In this document: positions 1 to 8,826 of the stretch, in pieces
Layout: each line of letters opens with the position of its first letter
Position numbering within the stretch: position 1 is the first letter of the stretch
Source: Bacteroidales bacterium
GTDB lineage: Bacteria > Bacteroidota > Bacteroidia > Bacteroidales > UBA4181
DNA: 64,000 bases
Assembly (NCBI GenBank): GCA_031275285.1
Contig: JAISOY010000001.1
Coordinates: forward strand, 71,435-135,434
Reading direction: 5' to 3'
Position numbers and translations under genes: made by a program
The notes under the pieces: generated by a model
The model's database searches: none
What the model saw: only the letters and a program-made list of their open reading frames with translations
Told to the model about the DNA's origin: nothing

Positions 1-2593
1 CTACACCATCACTAATCAAAGCATCTTTTATCATTTCCTGCACCTTGGCGTTCATCTGCGCCGTATCGGGTGCATCGCCTTTGGTGAGTTTGAAAACTAT
101 GGAACGAACAGCCAAATAGAAATGTGTATAATCCCGCTCTTCCTGTGTGAGTTGTTCGCTGCCTGTGCAAATATCGTAAGCCGCTTTCAGACGCTTTACC
201 AAATCCATAAAGCGGGTTTCAAATTCTTTGGTGCATTGTACATATTCGGCGGCTCTGTTCAGGCAATTCAGCTGCTCCAATGTGCTGCCCGAAAAATAAT
301 CCGAACCGTCAAATTTATGAAACAGTTTCGCCAACAAATCCAAATGGTCTTTTACCACCACAAGTGACTGGGCAATGTCTTCGAAATTATCTTTGTCGCC
401 TTTGTTGTAATGAGCCAAAGCAAGATTCATCTGCTTTTTGATTCCGATATAATCGACTACCAAACCTTTATTTTTACCTTCAAACTTTCGATTTACGCGC
501 GAAATAGTCTGTATCAGATTGTGTTGCTGTATCGGCTTATCAATATAAATGGTGTCGAGAAACGGCACGTCGAATCCTGTGAGCCACATATCAACCACAA
601 TGGCAACCTTGAAATTCGACTTTTCATTTTTGAATTGTCGGTCGAGTTCCTTGCGGTATTCCTTTGTGCCAAGTAAATCGTACAGCTCTTTATCATCATC
701 TTTACTGCGAGTCATAACAAGTTTTATACGCTCCATCGGTTTCAACTCACGTTTATCTTTATCAGTAAGCTCAACGCTATTATCCGCAAATCGGCTTTCT
801 CCCCATTCGGGACGAAGAGTCAGCACTTTTTTATAAAACTCGTAAGCAATAGTGCGATTGCTGCACACAAACATGGCTTTGCCTTTTACCGAAGAGCCTT
901 CGGATATGCGGTTTTCGTAGTGTTTTACAAAATCTTCCGCCAGAGCTTTTAATCGGTCGGGATCACCGAGAATGGCGTTTAGTCGGGCTGATTCCTGTTT
1001 GCTTTTCTCTATCTGATATTCGTTCGCCCCTTCTTCGGCAACGTCGTTGTAGTATTGTTCTATTTTTTGCAGTTCGCTGTTGTTCAAAACCACTTTTGCG
1101 GCTCGTCCTTCGTACACAATGCGAACGGTAATTTCATCGCGAACCGATTCGGTCATGGTATAAGCATCCACCACTTTGCCGAACACATCGAGTGTCGCAT
1201 CTATCGGCGTACCTGTAAAGCCAACATAAACCGCATTCGGCAACGAATCATGCAGGTACTTGGCAAAACCAAATGTTTTGGAAACGCCTTTTTCTGTTAC
1301 TTTTATCTTTTGGTCGAGATTGGTTTGGCTACGGTGAGCTTCGTCCGAAATACAAATTACATTTGGTCGGTCGGTCAGCAGTTTAGTGTCTTCGGTAAAT
1401 TTGTGAATGGTGGTCAAAAACACGCCGCCACTTTCTCGTCCTTGTAATAACTCTCGCAAATGTTCGCGACTCTCAACACTAATCACATTGTTGTCGCCGA
1501 TATATTGCTTGGCATTGGTAAACTGTCCTGCCAGTTGGTCGTCTAAATCGGTTCGGTCGGTAATAAGCACAATGGTTGGACTTCCGAAATACTCGCTTTT
1601 CATCAGCAAGCGAGTAAGGAAAAGCATGGTATAACTTTTTCCGCAACCTGTCGCTCCGAAATATGTTCCGCCTTTGCCATTACCAAACGGTTTTTGTGCT
1701 TGTTTTATATTGTCGTACAAGGCACGAGCCGCGTAATATTGCGGATAGCGACAAACTATTTTCTCATTCTTCTTCGACGAGTCGGGAATGTAAACAAAGT
1801 TTCGCAGAATATCCCGCAACCTGTTTTTTTGAAACATACCCTGAATCAAGGTGTACATGGAATCTATTCCATCCATATCTTTACTCATTCCTGCAATGCG
1901 TCGCCATGCATAGAAAAAATCGTAGGGAGCGAAAAACGAACCCGCTTTGTTGTTTATGCCGTCGCTGATTACGCAGAAAGCATTGTATTTGAATAATTCG
2001 GGAATGTCGCGTTCGTAGCGAACGGTAAGTTGAGTGTAAGCATCGTGAATGGTGGCATCTTCGCGAATGGCGCTTTTGAACTCGAACACCACCAAAGGCA
2101 GTCCGTTGATGTATAAAATCCCGTCGGGAATGCGTTTTTCCGAACCTTGAATTTCCAATTGAGTTACAAAACGGTAGATATTCGCATCCGTTTTGTATTC
2201 GGCTTGCGGTTCAGCCACAATAGAAATTAAATCTTCGGGCATAAAAGTCTGGTTTTCCAGCCCCGAATAGTCAACCAACTGAATATAAATGTCTTTTTTG
2301 TTATGATCTTCACGTTTGAGGATAAATCCATCGGACAGCATTTTCATAAAACGCTTGTTGGTTTCGTACAGATCGGAAGCGGGAAGCGATTTCAACTCCA
2401 ATAGAATAGATTTGATTTCCGTATCGGTAATGCCATGATTGGCATAACGTTTTTTCAGGAAGTTATGCAAATCGTCTTCTATCAGCACTTCATCGGGCTG
2501 ACGAGCGAGCGTATTGCCCAAACAATGCGGATAGCCCTCCTGTGCCAAGAGTTCTGCAAATGCGTGTTCGAGTTTGGATTCGGTGAATTTCAT
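1..2593 (-). CDS. hsdR: Type I restriction enzyme R subunit (first ~864 codons; C-terminus runs off the left window edge)
   Basis: Absent from the ORF track because there is no stop inside the window. The reverse frame is open from ATG (2593) to position 2. My own translation gives MKFTESKLEHAFAELLAQEGY... at the N-terminus. Walker A GATGCGKS (1634-1657) and DEAH (1334-1345) lie in the same frame. It starts 7 nt after the preceding operon gene. Confidence 0.9.
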   Translation of the reverse strand, partial: MKFTESKLEHAFAELLAQEGYPHCLGNTLARQPDEVLIEDDLHNFLKKRYANHGITDTEIKSILLELKSLPASDLYETNKRFMKMLSDGFILKREDHNKKDIYIQLVDYSGLENQTFMPEDLISIVAEPQAEYKTDANIYRFVTQLEIQGSEKRIPDGILYINGLPLVVFEFKSAIREDATIHDAYTQLTVRYERDIPELFKYNAFCVISDGINNKAGSFFAPYDFFYAWRRIAGMSKDMDGIDSMYTLIQGMFQKNRLRDILRNFVYIPDSSKKNEKIVCRYPQYYAARALYDNIKQAQKPFGNGKGGTYFGATGCGKSYTMLFLTRLLMKSEYFGSPTIVLITDRTDLDDQLAGQFTNAKQYIGDNNVISVESREHLRELLQGRESGGVFLTTIHKFTEDTKLLTDRPNVICISDEAHRSQTNLDQKIKVTEKGVSKTFGFAKYLHDSLPNAVYVGFTGTPIDATLDVFGKVVDAYTMTESVRDEITVRIVYEGRAAKVVLNNSELQKIEQYYNDVAEEGANEYQIEKSKQESARLNAILGDPDRLKALAEDFVKHYENRISEGSSVKGKAMFVCSNRTIAYEFYKKVLTLRPEWGESRFADNSVELTDKDKRELKPMERIKLVMTRSKDDDKELYDLLGTKEYRKELDRQFKNEKSNFKVAIVVDMWLTGFDVPFLDTIYIDKPIQQHNLIQTISRVNRKFEGKNKGLVVDYIGIKKQMNLALAHYNKGDKDNFEDIAQSLVVVKDHLDLLAKLFHKFDGSDYFSGSTLEQLNCLNRAAEYVQCTKEFETRFMDLVKRLKAAYDICTGSEQLTQEERDYTHFYLAVRSIVFKLTKGDAPDTAQMNAKVQEMIKDALISDGV

Positions 2594-2600
2594 GATAATA

Positions 2601-3164
2601 TTACTTTCTTAACCAATCTTTTAAAGGAATAATATTGTTGTTGGGATATTTTACATAATAACCACGAGCAACAAAATTTCCATTGTTATATTTTGTAGTT
2701 CCATCTCTATACACTATGTAGGGGTAGATCTGTAAATACTCTGCACCAGAGAAACTTGCATTATCTTTTTCTACAGGAAATAATGCTATTTTTTCAATAT
2801 ATTTTGCAGCATCACCTAAACCTAACTCCCAATTACACCATTTGGAGTTAATAGCCCCTTCTGAAGCTAAAAGAATGAATTTGTCATTCTCTTTTATTTT
2901 TTGCTTTATTCTTCTTGCTGTTTCACCACTAGTTGTTTTTGGCATACCTTCATCTAACCAATCGACATAAACATCAATTCCTTCTTTTTTTAAGAAGGAT
3001 ATTGCACCATCTAGAACCTCTAGTTCATCATGCTTATGTGATAGAAAAATAGTCGTTTTATTTGACTTCGATTCGTTTCGAATCTGTTTCAAACTCTCAG
3101 TAGCAGAAAAAAACCTTGTGGTATTTCTATATCTCTTTAATTGTGATTCCGTAATAAAACTCAT
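2601..3164 (-). CDS. TIR-domain protein, 187 aa (TIR_2-like)
   Basis: Motifs TIFLSHKHDE ... IDVYVDWLD ... FILLASEGAINSKWCNWELG match the prokaryotic TIR pattern: beta-A FLSH, then the W-x-x-x-E putative catalytic Glu. AT-rich. 6-7 nt gaps to both neighbours. Confidence 0.8.
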   Translation of the reverse strand: MSFITESQLKRYRNTTRFFSATESLKQIRNESKSNKTTIFLSHKHDELEVLDGAISFLKKEGIDVYVDWLDEGMPKTTSGETARRIKQKIKENDKFILLASEGAINSKWCNWELGLGDAAKYIEKIALFPVEKDNASFSGAEYLQIYPYIVYRDGTTKYNNGNFVARGYYVKYPNNNIIPLKDWLRK

Positions 3165-3170
3165 AACTAA

Positions 3171-3779
3171 TTATCGTTGTTTTGTCAAGTCAAATTTTGA
3201 TGTATTCTCGCTCTTATCAAATGCATTTTCTATATAGTAAGAGGGATTAGCCAAAAAATCATTTTCATCAACCAATGTTATATAAGACCCATTCATAAAA
3301 TCATATGTATTACATTCATGACAATGTTTTAGAGCAGGTGTTGAATTATATCTATTTTTATAAATTATAGGATAAAGGAATTCTTGCTTGTAACTGACTG
3401 TTGGACTTCCATGAATATTTGAACTGTGTATTTTTAACCAATCTGCAGAACCATTCACATTCATAATTACACCAACAACACCATTAGTATATGATTTCCT
3501 GTCTTTTCTAGATATTTCTTTTAGACAATATTCTATTTCCCAGTCTATCCATTTACTTTTGACCATACTGGGAGAAATAATAACAATTGCAACAGACGTG
3601 TTGTACATCATGTCTTTTAGATTGTTTTTTATATTATCAGTTGATGTATCTGTTAAGTCTGGAGAATCAGATGTTTCTCCTTGATAATACTGAGCATCAT
3701 TTCCTAAAGCCCTGATGATTTTATCTCGTAAATTTTGAGCTTCGCTATACTTGTATGATATAAAAGTTTTTCTAGCCAT
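3171..3779 (-). CDS. ThsB-like TIR protein (DUF1863-type), 202 aa
   Basis: N-terminus MARKTFISYKYSEAQNLRDKII and VAIVIISPSMVKSKWIDWEIEY are typical of the DUF1863/ThsB-like TIR family. The W-x-x-W-E Glu is retained. Confidence 0.8.
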   Translation of the reverse strand: MARKTFISYKYSEAQNLRDKIIRALGNDAQYYQGETSDSPDLTDTSTDNIKNNLKDMMYNTSVAIVIISPSMVKSKWIDWEIEYCLKEISRKDRKSYTNGVVGVIMNVNGSADWLKIHSSNIHGSPTVSYKQEFLYPIIYKNRYNSTPALKHCHECNTYDFMNGSYITLVDENDFLANPSYYIENAFDKSENTSKFDLTKQR

Positions 3780-3791
3780 GATATCGTCCTT

Positions 3792-4253
3792 TTAATATTG
3801 ATTTCTTATTTTTATTGCCCTTCCCACAAGTTCTGCAATATTCTCCTTTATATCATCATAAACATATTTACTTGTGGAATATGTCGATTCAAAAATAGGT
3901 ACGTGACTTGCCAACGGATTTTTTCCTTTAGAAGACTGATTTCCTAATACATCTTCCAACTTGTGTATGTAAATCCCACAAACCGCTTTTCCTAATTCCC
4001 AAGCTCTATTAATTTCATAATTTACCCATTTTCGTTCACTCGTTTTTTCACCAATCAAAACAACCAAACAAGATTTGTCTTTCAAATTGTCATCAATCCA
4101 TGTCTTGATTGTTGAATCACTTTTACTCTTAACATCTTCCCATTTGTTTCCATTGACAGGTTTATCTCCTTCAACAGTTCCTATGTTGCGAACTTGACCC
4201 GCTCGCCAGTTATCATCATCAAAATGAAAACTATAAAAAACTTTTCTTGCCAT
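3792..4253 (-). CDS. ThsB-like TIR protein (DUF1863-type), 153 aa
   Basis: MARKVFYSFHFDDDNWRAGQVRN ... CLVVLIGEKTSERKWVNYEINRA ... GIYIHKL ... SSKGKNP parallels, from memory, the Bacillus cereus ThsB layout (KRVFFSFHY...VRN; VLIG..RRWVRYEI; GIHI; SKGPNP). Confidence 0.85.
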   Translation of the reverse strand: MARKVFYSFHFDDDNWRAGQVRNIGTVEGDKPVNGNKWEDVKSKSDSTIKTWIDDNLKDKSCLVVLIGEKTSERKWVNYEINRAWELGKAVCGIYIHKLEDVLGNQSSKGKNPLASHVPIFESTYSTSKYVYDDIKENIAELVGRAIKIRNQY

Positions 4254-4258
4254 AATTA

Positions 4259-4855
4259 TTATATTTTATCAATTAAAAATTTCTGAAACAAAGACATGTA
4301 TCCGTAATCCTTTAAGAATCGTTCATTTTTCAACTCTTCTGGAAACTGATTGTCATATACAAGTTTAGTTGCCGCTCCTGTGCTTGCAATTGGTAGTATA
4401 AGAGCATCAGGGTGATATTTAATAAACATATTGTATTCGACTTCTATACCATCCATTCCTCCAATAAAAATAGCAGCTGAAAATTTATTCTCCGAAAACA
4501 TTCTATTTCGCATGTGCTGAATGCTAGAGTGAACATCTCCGACATTCTCTGTAAAAACTATATTTTCAAATTTGTTATTATCAGATGGAAATTTATCCTT
4601 AAAAAATAGAGACTGGTAAAGTAATACATGATTTTGAATGCTTAAATTCAGTTTTTGCATTACATAGTATATCAGTGGTGTAATGGAAGGGTGACCGCCC
4701 CAAACTAATCGATGTTTCGGTAGCACTGTGGTGGCTAAAGCAATTACAGAATCTCTAATTGCAATAATATCCGCCGTTCCTATATATTTAGGATCTCTTT
4801 CAGGCAATGGAGCACTTGCTGAAAGGAAAATGTTTTTCACTTCATTTGTAGCCAT
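4259..4855 (-). CDS. Stand-alone SLOG/LOG-like Rossmannoid protein, 198 aa (resembles the ThsA C-terminal sensor domain without SIR2)
   Basis: Two glycine-rich loops resemble LOG/SLOG motifs: RLVWGGHPSITPLI (like the first GG loop) and AAIFIGGMDGIEVEY (like GGxGTxxE). The protein is only one domain long. Its start overlaps the upstream gene's stop by 19 nt. Confidence 0.6.
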   Translation of the reverse strand: MATNEVKNIFLSASAPLPERDPKYIGTADIIAIRDSVIALATTVLPKHRLVWGGHPSITPLIYYVMQKLNLSIQNHVLLYQSLFFKDKFPSDNNKFENIVFTENVGDVHSSIQHMRNRMFSENKFSAAIFIGGMDGIEVEYNMFIKYHPDALILPIASTGAATKLVYDNQFPEELKNERFLKDYGYMSLFQKFLIDKI

Positions 4856-6027
4856 GTTTCAAAGTCTTGTTTTTTTAATGTTTTTATATCTTTCTTGAAA
4901 TTGTCGTTCAACCAATCCAAATGATTTAGCCATTTATCTCGAATTCGCAAATCATCATATATCAAGCGAATAGAAACCTCATCATATCCCAATAATTCCC
5001 TCTTGATTTCCGCCGATTGGCAATTAGTGGATTGTGGAATCCCGATAGTCGGAATATAAATTACACGACTACCATTTGGCAAGTCTTCTGTTAAAATTTT
5101 CTCAGGTTGAACAGTTACAATTCTACCATTTTTATCTGCAATATTTCTAAATTCGGTTATAAGATTATCTTGTCTTGCTGCTAAATTTCGAGCTCTTACA
5201 GACTCAACCTCAGATATTATTTTGTCAACAATGGTTACTGCTAATTTTGATTTATCCTTATCAGAATAGTCGCTGTCTACAAAATCATCTGCAACCAATT
5301 GTAATGGATAGCTTAAATGTGAGGACGGATCAATATCTTTTATCTTATGGTTTGGCCAAACTAATTGAACTACTCCAATTTGCTTGGCTGCAGCTTCTGC
5401 AAATTCTTCTTTACACCAATGACTTTCTAAAAAGCCTGGGGTGTTAAGTAGGACAACTACATCACAATCAGTCATTCTATGCCATAATTCATCTTGAAAT
5501 GGTTCTCCTTTTTCAATAGAGTGAGTGTCCAAGAAAACGTCAAAATTATGAGACTCCAATGCCTCAAATAGTTGAATTGCAATAGGTGTAGATTCTGTTC
5601 TTCTGTAACTTATAAATACTTTTCGTGTACTTCTTAACAATTCAAATGATTGCAGCACGATATTGGCAATTCTGTTTAATTCAAGTTCTTTATATTGAAT
5701 TCCATTTTGGTTTTCTAACTTTTTAGGAATTTCAGCTCCAAATGCTCCCTCATTAAAATATATAGGCAGAATCATAGTACCATCTTTGATAAGTTTCTCG
5801 ATAATATCTAAGTCCTTGAAATCGCCACCTTCATCTCCAAAATATATTGCAAAAGCGGGTTGATTTCCTTTGTATTCACGCTCCAAATCTTTTGGTTCTA
5901 TGATTTTTATAAAATTTTCAGGTAATCCAAGGTGTGCAAGATCTTTATTGATTTGACTCAATATATCTTGCTTAATTGGAACGTCTGAACCTAATAAAAT
6001 TAATTGGTATTTATACTTCATGTCCAT
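4837..6027 (-). CDS. Multidomain TIR protein, 396 aa (unknown N-domain ~1-135, central TIR ~136-275, unknown C-domain)
   Basis: Central block RKVFISYRRTESTPIAIQLFEALESHNFDVFLDTHSIEKGEPFQDELWHRMTDCDVVVLLNTPGFLESHWCKEEFAEA is a canonical TIR_2 signature (FISY, D..I..G, WC..E). I do not recognise the flanking ~130 and ~120 aa. It starts 1 nt after the hsdS stop. Confidence 0.8.
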   Translation of the reverse strand: MDMKYKYQLILLGSDVPIKQDILSQINKDLAHLGLPENFIKIIEPKDLEREYKGNQPAFAIYFGDEGGDFKDLDIIEKLIKDGTMILPIYFNEGAFGAEIPKKLENQNGIQYKELELNRIANIVLQSFELLRSTRKVFISYRRTESTPIAIQLFEALESHNFDVFLDTHSIEKGEPFQDELWHRMTDCDVVVLLNTPGFLESHWCKEEFAEAAAKQIGVVQLVWPNHKIKDIDPSSHLSYPLQLVADDFVDSDYSDKDKSKLAVTIVDKIISEVESVRARNLAARQDNLITEFRNIADKNGRIVTVQPEKILTEDLPNGSRVIYIPTIGIPQSTNCQSAEIKRELLGYDEVSIRLIYDDLRIRDKWLNHLDWLNDNFKKDIKTLKKQDFETWLQMK

Positions 6028-6028
6028 T

Positions 6029-7258
6029 TTAATTTTCTATTGTTGCCATTTTCGAAAGAAGAAGTGTTTTCAATCCTATCAACTTATGTCGCTCTTCTAA
6101 TGAAGAAGCTTGTAGTTCATTAATGGAGGAAATAGTCTTTTTAAATATGTTAACTATTCTATCATTTGGGATTATCATAGGCATAGACTCTACATTATAC
6201 ATTGGTAATTTCGCTTGAACTCCACCAACCATTCTTGTTTCTATATCCTTTTGTCCAACAGGTGAGTTTAGATAATAGTATAATAAATCAGGGCACAACT
6301 CTTTCAGATTAGTTAATTTGAAGCAATTTTCTGTCAAATTAGCATTATTAAGGGATTTATCAATCATCGAAACGAGTCCGATTGTCCCAACAATTGAAAT
6401 AATAACATCATCGGTAGATACAATATATTTTGATATTGCTTTTTGAGTATTGTTATCAACATATTCGAAATCGCTAGATAACACAATATATTTATCTTTA
6501 CTCATATCTGCAACCTTAATATAAGGTCTGCCTTCCCTTTTATTATTTAAACTGGCTTCCTTTGGAAGTCGTTTACCTCCTTTTATCTCACAAATGTTTT
6601 TTAATTTCTCCACTCTCCATCCCCTTGGAATCTCGCCCAACTCGCTTTCCAGCATTTCGCCGCCTGAACTTTTATAAGGCTTTCCTTCTTCGTTGGGAAA
6701 TTCAAAATCTATAAACCATTGCTTGTAAATAGCCTGTGCAGTTTCTTCGAGTTTTTGTATCAGTTGGTTGTTTAGGTCAATGCGGTGTTGTACGGCATTG
6801 TATTCGGCTACTATTTCGCGTTGCTTTTCGGGAGAGGGAATGGGGAGTTCTGTGTTGCACATTTCATCCCAATCAAATATTTCTCTTGCACTTCCGTGAC
6901 TTTTGAAACGAGCATATCGGTCAAATTCAGGGCGACGAAACCACATCATCAGATATTCGGGAAGAAGTTTTTCTCTATCAAGCACTTCAAAACTGGTGTA
7001 GGCTTGTGAAATTATCGCTTCGTCGTACTCGTTCAACAAAGCGATTGAGATTTTATCTCCATTTCGAGAAGTAACAGGTCCATAAGCAAACTGCCCACGT
7101 TTCATAATCTTGTAAGTGGACATATCAGTTCCTACGGTATTTGCAATTGAGGGCATCATCGCTTTTTGAATGCTAACACCCAATAGCTTTTCGACCTTTA
7201 ATTCTGTGTTTCGGATATTAACTTCGCGAATATAATCGCCCAATCGCTTATAGTTCAT
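6029..7258 (-). CDS. hsdS: Type I R-M specificity subunit
   Basis: 409 aa in a two-TRD layout, with the conserved central coiled region ...EKQREIVAEYNAVQHRIDLNNQLIQKLEETAQAIYKQWFIDFEFP... It overlaps hsdM by 11 nt. The distal TRD half (about 6029-6600) is visibly more AT-rich. Confidence 0.9.
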   Translation of the reverse strand: MNYKRLGDYIREVNIRNTELKVEKLLGVSIQKAMMPSIANTVGTDMSTYKIMKRGQFAYGPVTSRNGDKISIALLNEYDEAIISQAYTSFEVLDREKLLPEYLMMWFRRPEFDRYARFKSHGSAREIFDWDEMCNTELPIPSPEKQREIVAEYNAVQHRIDLNNQLIQKLEETAQAIYKQWFIDFEFPNEEGKPYKSSGGEMLESELGEIPRGWRVEKLKNICEIKGGKRLPKEASLNNKREGRPYIKVADMSKDKYIVLSSDFEYVDNNTQKAISKYIVSTDDVIISIVGTIGLVSMIDKSLNNANLTENCFKLTNLKELCPDLLYYYLNSPVGQKDIETRMVGGVQAKLPMYNVESMPMIIPNDRIVNIFKKTISSINELQASSLEERHKLIGLKTLLLSKMATIEN

Positions 7259-8822
7259 AGCCTAAACCTTTAAATACGTTGAGCAATTCTTTTTTCGACT
7301 CTTCCTCGGATTGCAACAATTTCTTGAACTCGGATTGTAGAGTTTTCATTTTTTCGTCGAAGTCGATATTTTCATCTCGATTCTTGAACGCAATATATTT
7401 ACTCGGCACTAAGGCAAAATCTCTGGTCTCTACTTCTTCACGCGAAGCGGAATAACAATATTCTTCTTGGTTGAAAGCCTCCGAAACGTTTTCTAATACT
7501 GAAGTTTGCCAATCGTGATAGGTTGTGGCAACTTGACGAATGTCATCAATAGAAAATTGAGTAAATTTCTTTTCAAATGGTTCGCCCATTTGGCGTAAAT
7601 CCATAAAGAGGATTTCGCCCTTTCGGTGTCGATAATTGCGTTCTTCACTACCAACTTGTGTTGTTCGAACTGTTTTATTTCGGTTCAATATCCAAAGCGT
7701 AACGCTAATATCGGTGGTGTAAAACATATTTCGAGGCAAAACCAAAATCGCCTCCACCAAATCATTTTCAATTAGTTTTCGACGAATTTTATACTCTTCG
7801 CCTCCGCCGCTCAAAGCACCATTGGCAAGGATAAAGCCCGCAACGCCATCTTCGGAAAGTTTGCTTGCCATATTGAGAATCCAACCGTAATTGGCATTGC
7901 TTTTGGGCGGCACATCGTAGCCACGCCAACGCGGGTCGTCAATGAGTTCGTCTTCGGCACGCCAGTCTTTTTGATTGAAAGGCGGATTTGCCATAATGTA
8001 ATCAGCTTTCAAGTCTTTGTGCTGATCGTCGGAAAACGTATTGGCGGCTTTTGCTCCCAAGTTGGCGGAAATACCACGAATGGCAAGGTTCATTTTTGCC
8101 AGTTTGTAGGTGGTGTTGGTGTATTCCTGTCCGTAAATGGAAACCTCGCGTTTGTTTCCGTGGTGGCTTTCGATAAACTTAATGGACTGCACAAACATAC
8201 CACCCGAACCGCAAGCAGGGTCATAAATGATTCCTTTGTAAGGCTCAATCATTTCGGCAATCAGGTTTACAATGCTTTTTGGGGTGTAGAATTCGCCTTT
8301 CCCTTTTCCTTCCGCCAAAGCGAATTTTGAAAGAAAGTATTCGTACACACGTCCTACAATGTCTTGTTCTTTATCTTTCAGGGTGTTTATCTCGCTTATT
8401 TCATCAATTAATGAAGCCAATTTTGACGACTCCAAACCTAAACGAGAGAAGTAGTTATCGGGCAATGCTCCTTTCAGACTTTTGTTGTCTTTTTCAATAG
8501 TATGGAGGGCGGTATCGATAATGAGAGCCAAATCGTCTTGTTTGGCTTTTTCCTTGATATAGTTCCATCGCGATATTTCTTCAAGAAAAAACACATTGCT
8601 CATATTGTAAAATTCGGGCATTTCCACGTATTTCTCTTTTCCGTCGGCAATGAGCATGGATCGGTGTTCCTCAAACTTGTCGCTGACAAATTTCAGGAAA
8701 ATCAGTCCCAGTACCACGTGTTTGTATTCCGAAGGCTCAACGCTTCCACGCAGTTTATTCGCCGACTCCCACAGACTTACCTCAATGGGCTTTTCTTGTT
8801 TTTCTTTCGCTTGTTTAGCCAT
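7248..8822 (-). CDS. hsdM: Type I R-M N6-adenine DNA methyltransferase subunit
   Basis: 524 aa. It has the HsdM N-terminal pattern LWESANKLRG..EYKHVVLGLIFLKF, the SAM motif DPACGSGGMF and the catalytic motif ANPPFN. Confidence 0.95.
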   Translation of the reverse strand: MAKQAKEKQEKPIEVSLWESANKLRGSVEPSEYKHVVLGLIFLKFVSDKFEEHRSMLIADGKEKYVEMPEFYNMSNVFFLEEISRWNYIKEKAKQDDLALIIDTALHTIEKDNKSLKGALPDNYFSRLGLESSKLASLIDEISEINTLKDKEQDIVGRVYEYFLSKFALAEGKGKGEFYTPKSIVNLIAEMIEPYKGIIYDPACGSGGMFVQSIKFIESHHGNKREVSIYGQEYTNTTYKLAKMNLAIRGISANLGAKAANTFSDDQHKDLKADYIMANPPFNQKDWRAEDELIDDPRWRGYDVPPKSNANYGWILNMASKLSEDGVAGFILANGALSGGGEEYKIRRKLIENDLVEAILVLPRNMFYTTDISVTLWILNRNKTVRTTQVGSEERNYRHRKGEILFMDLRQMGEPFEKKFTQFSIDDIRQVATTYHDWQTSVLENVSEAFNQEEYCYSASREEVETRDFALVPSKYIAFKNRDENIDFDEKMKTLQSEFKKLLQSEEESKKELLNVFKGLGYEL

Positions 8823-8826
8823 GTAT

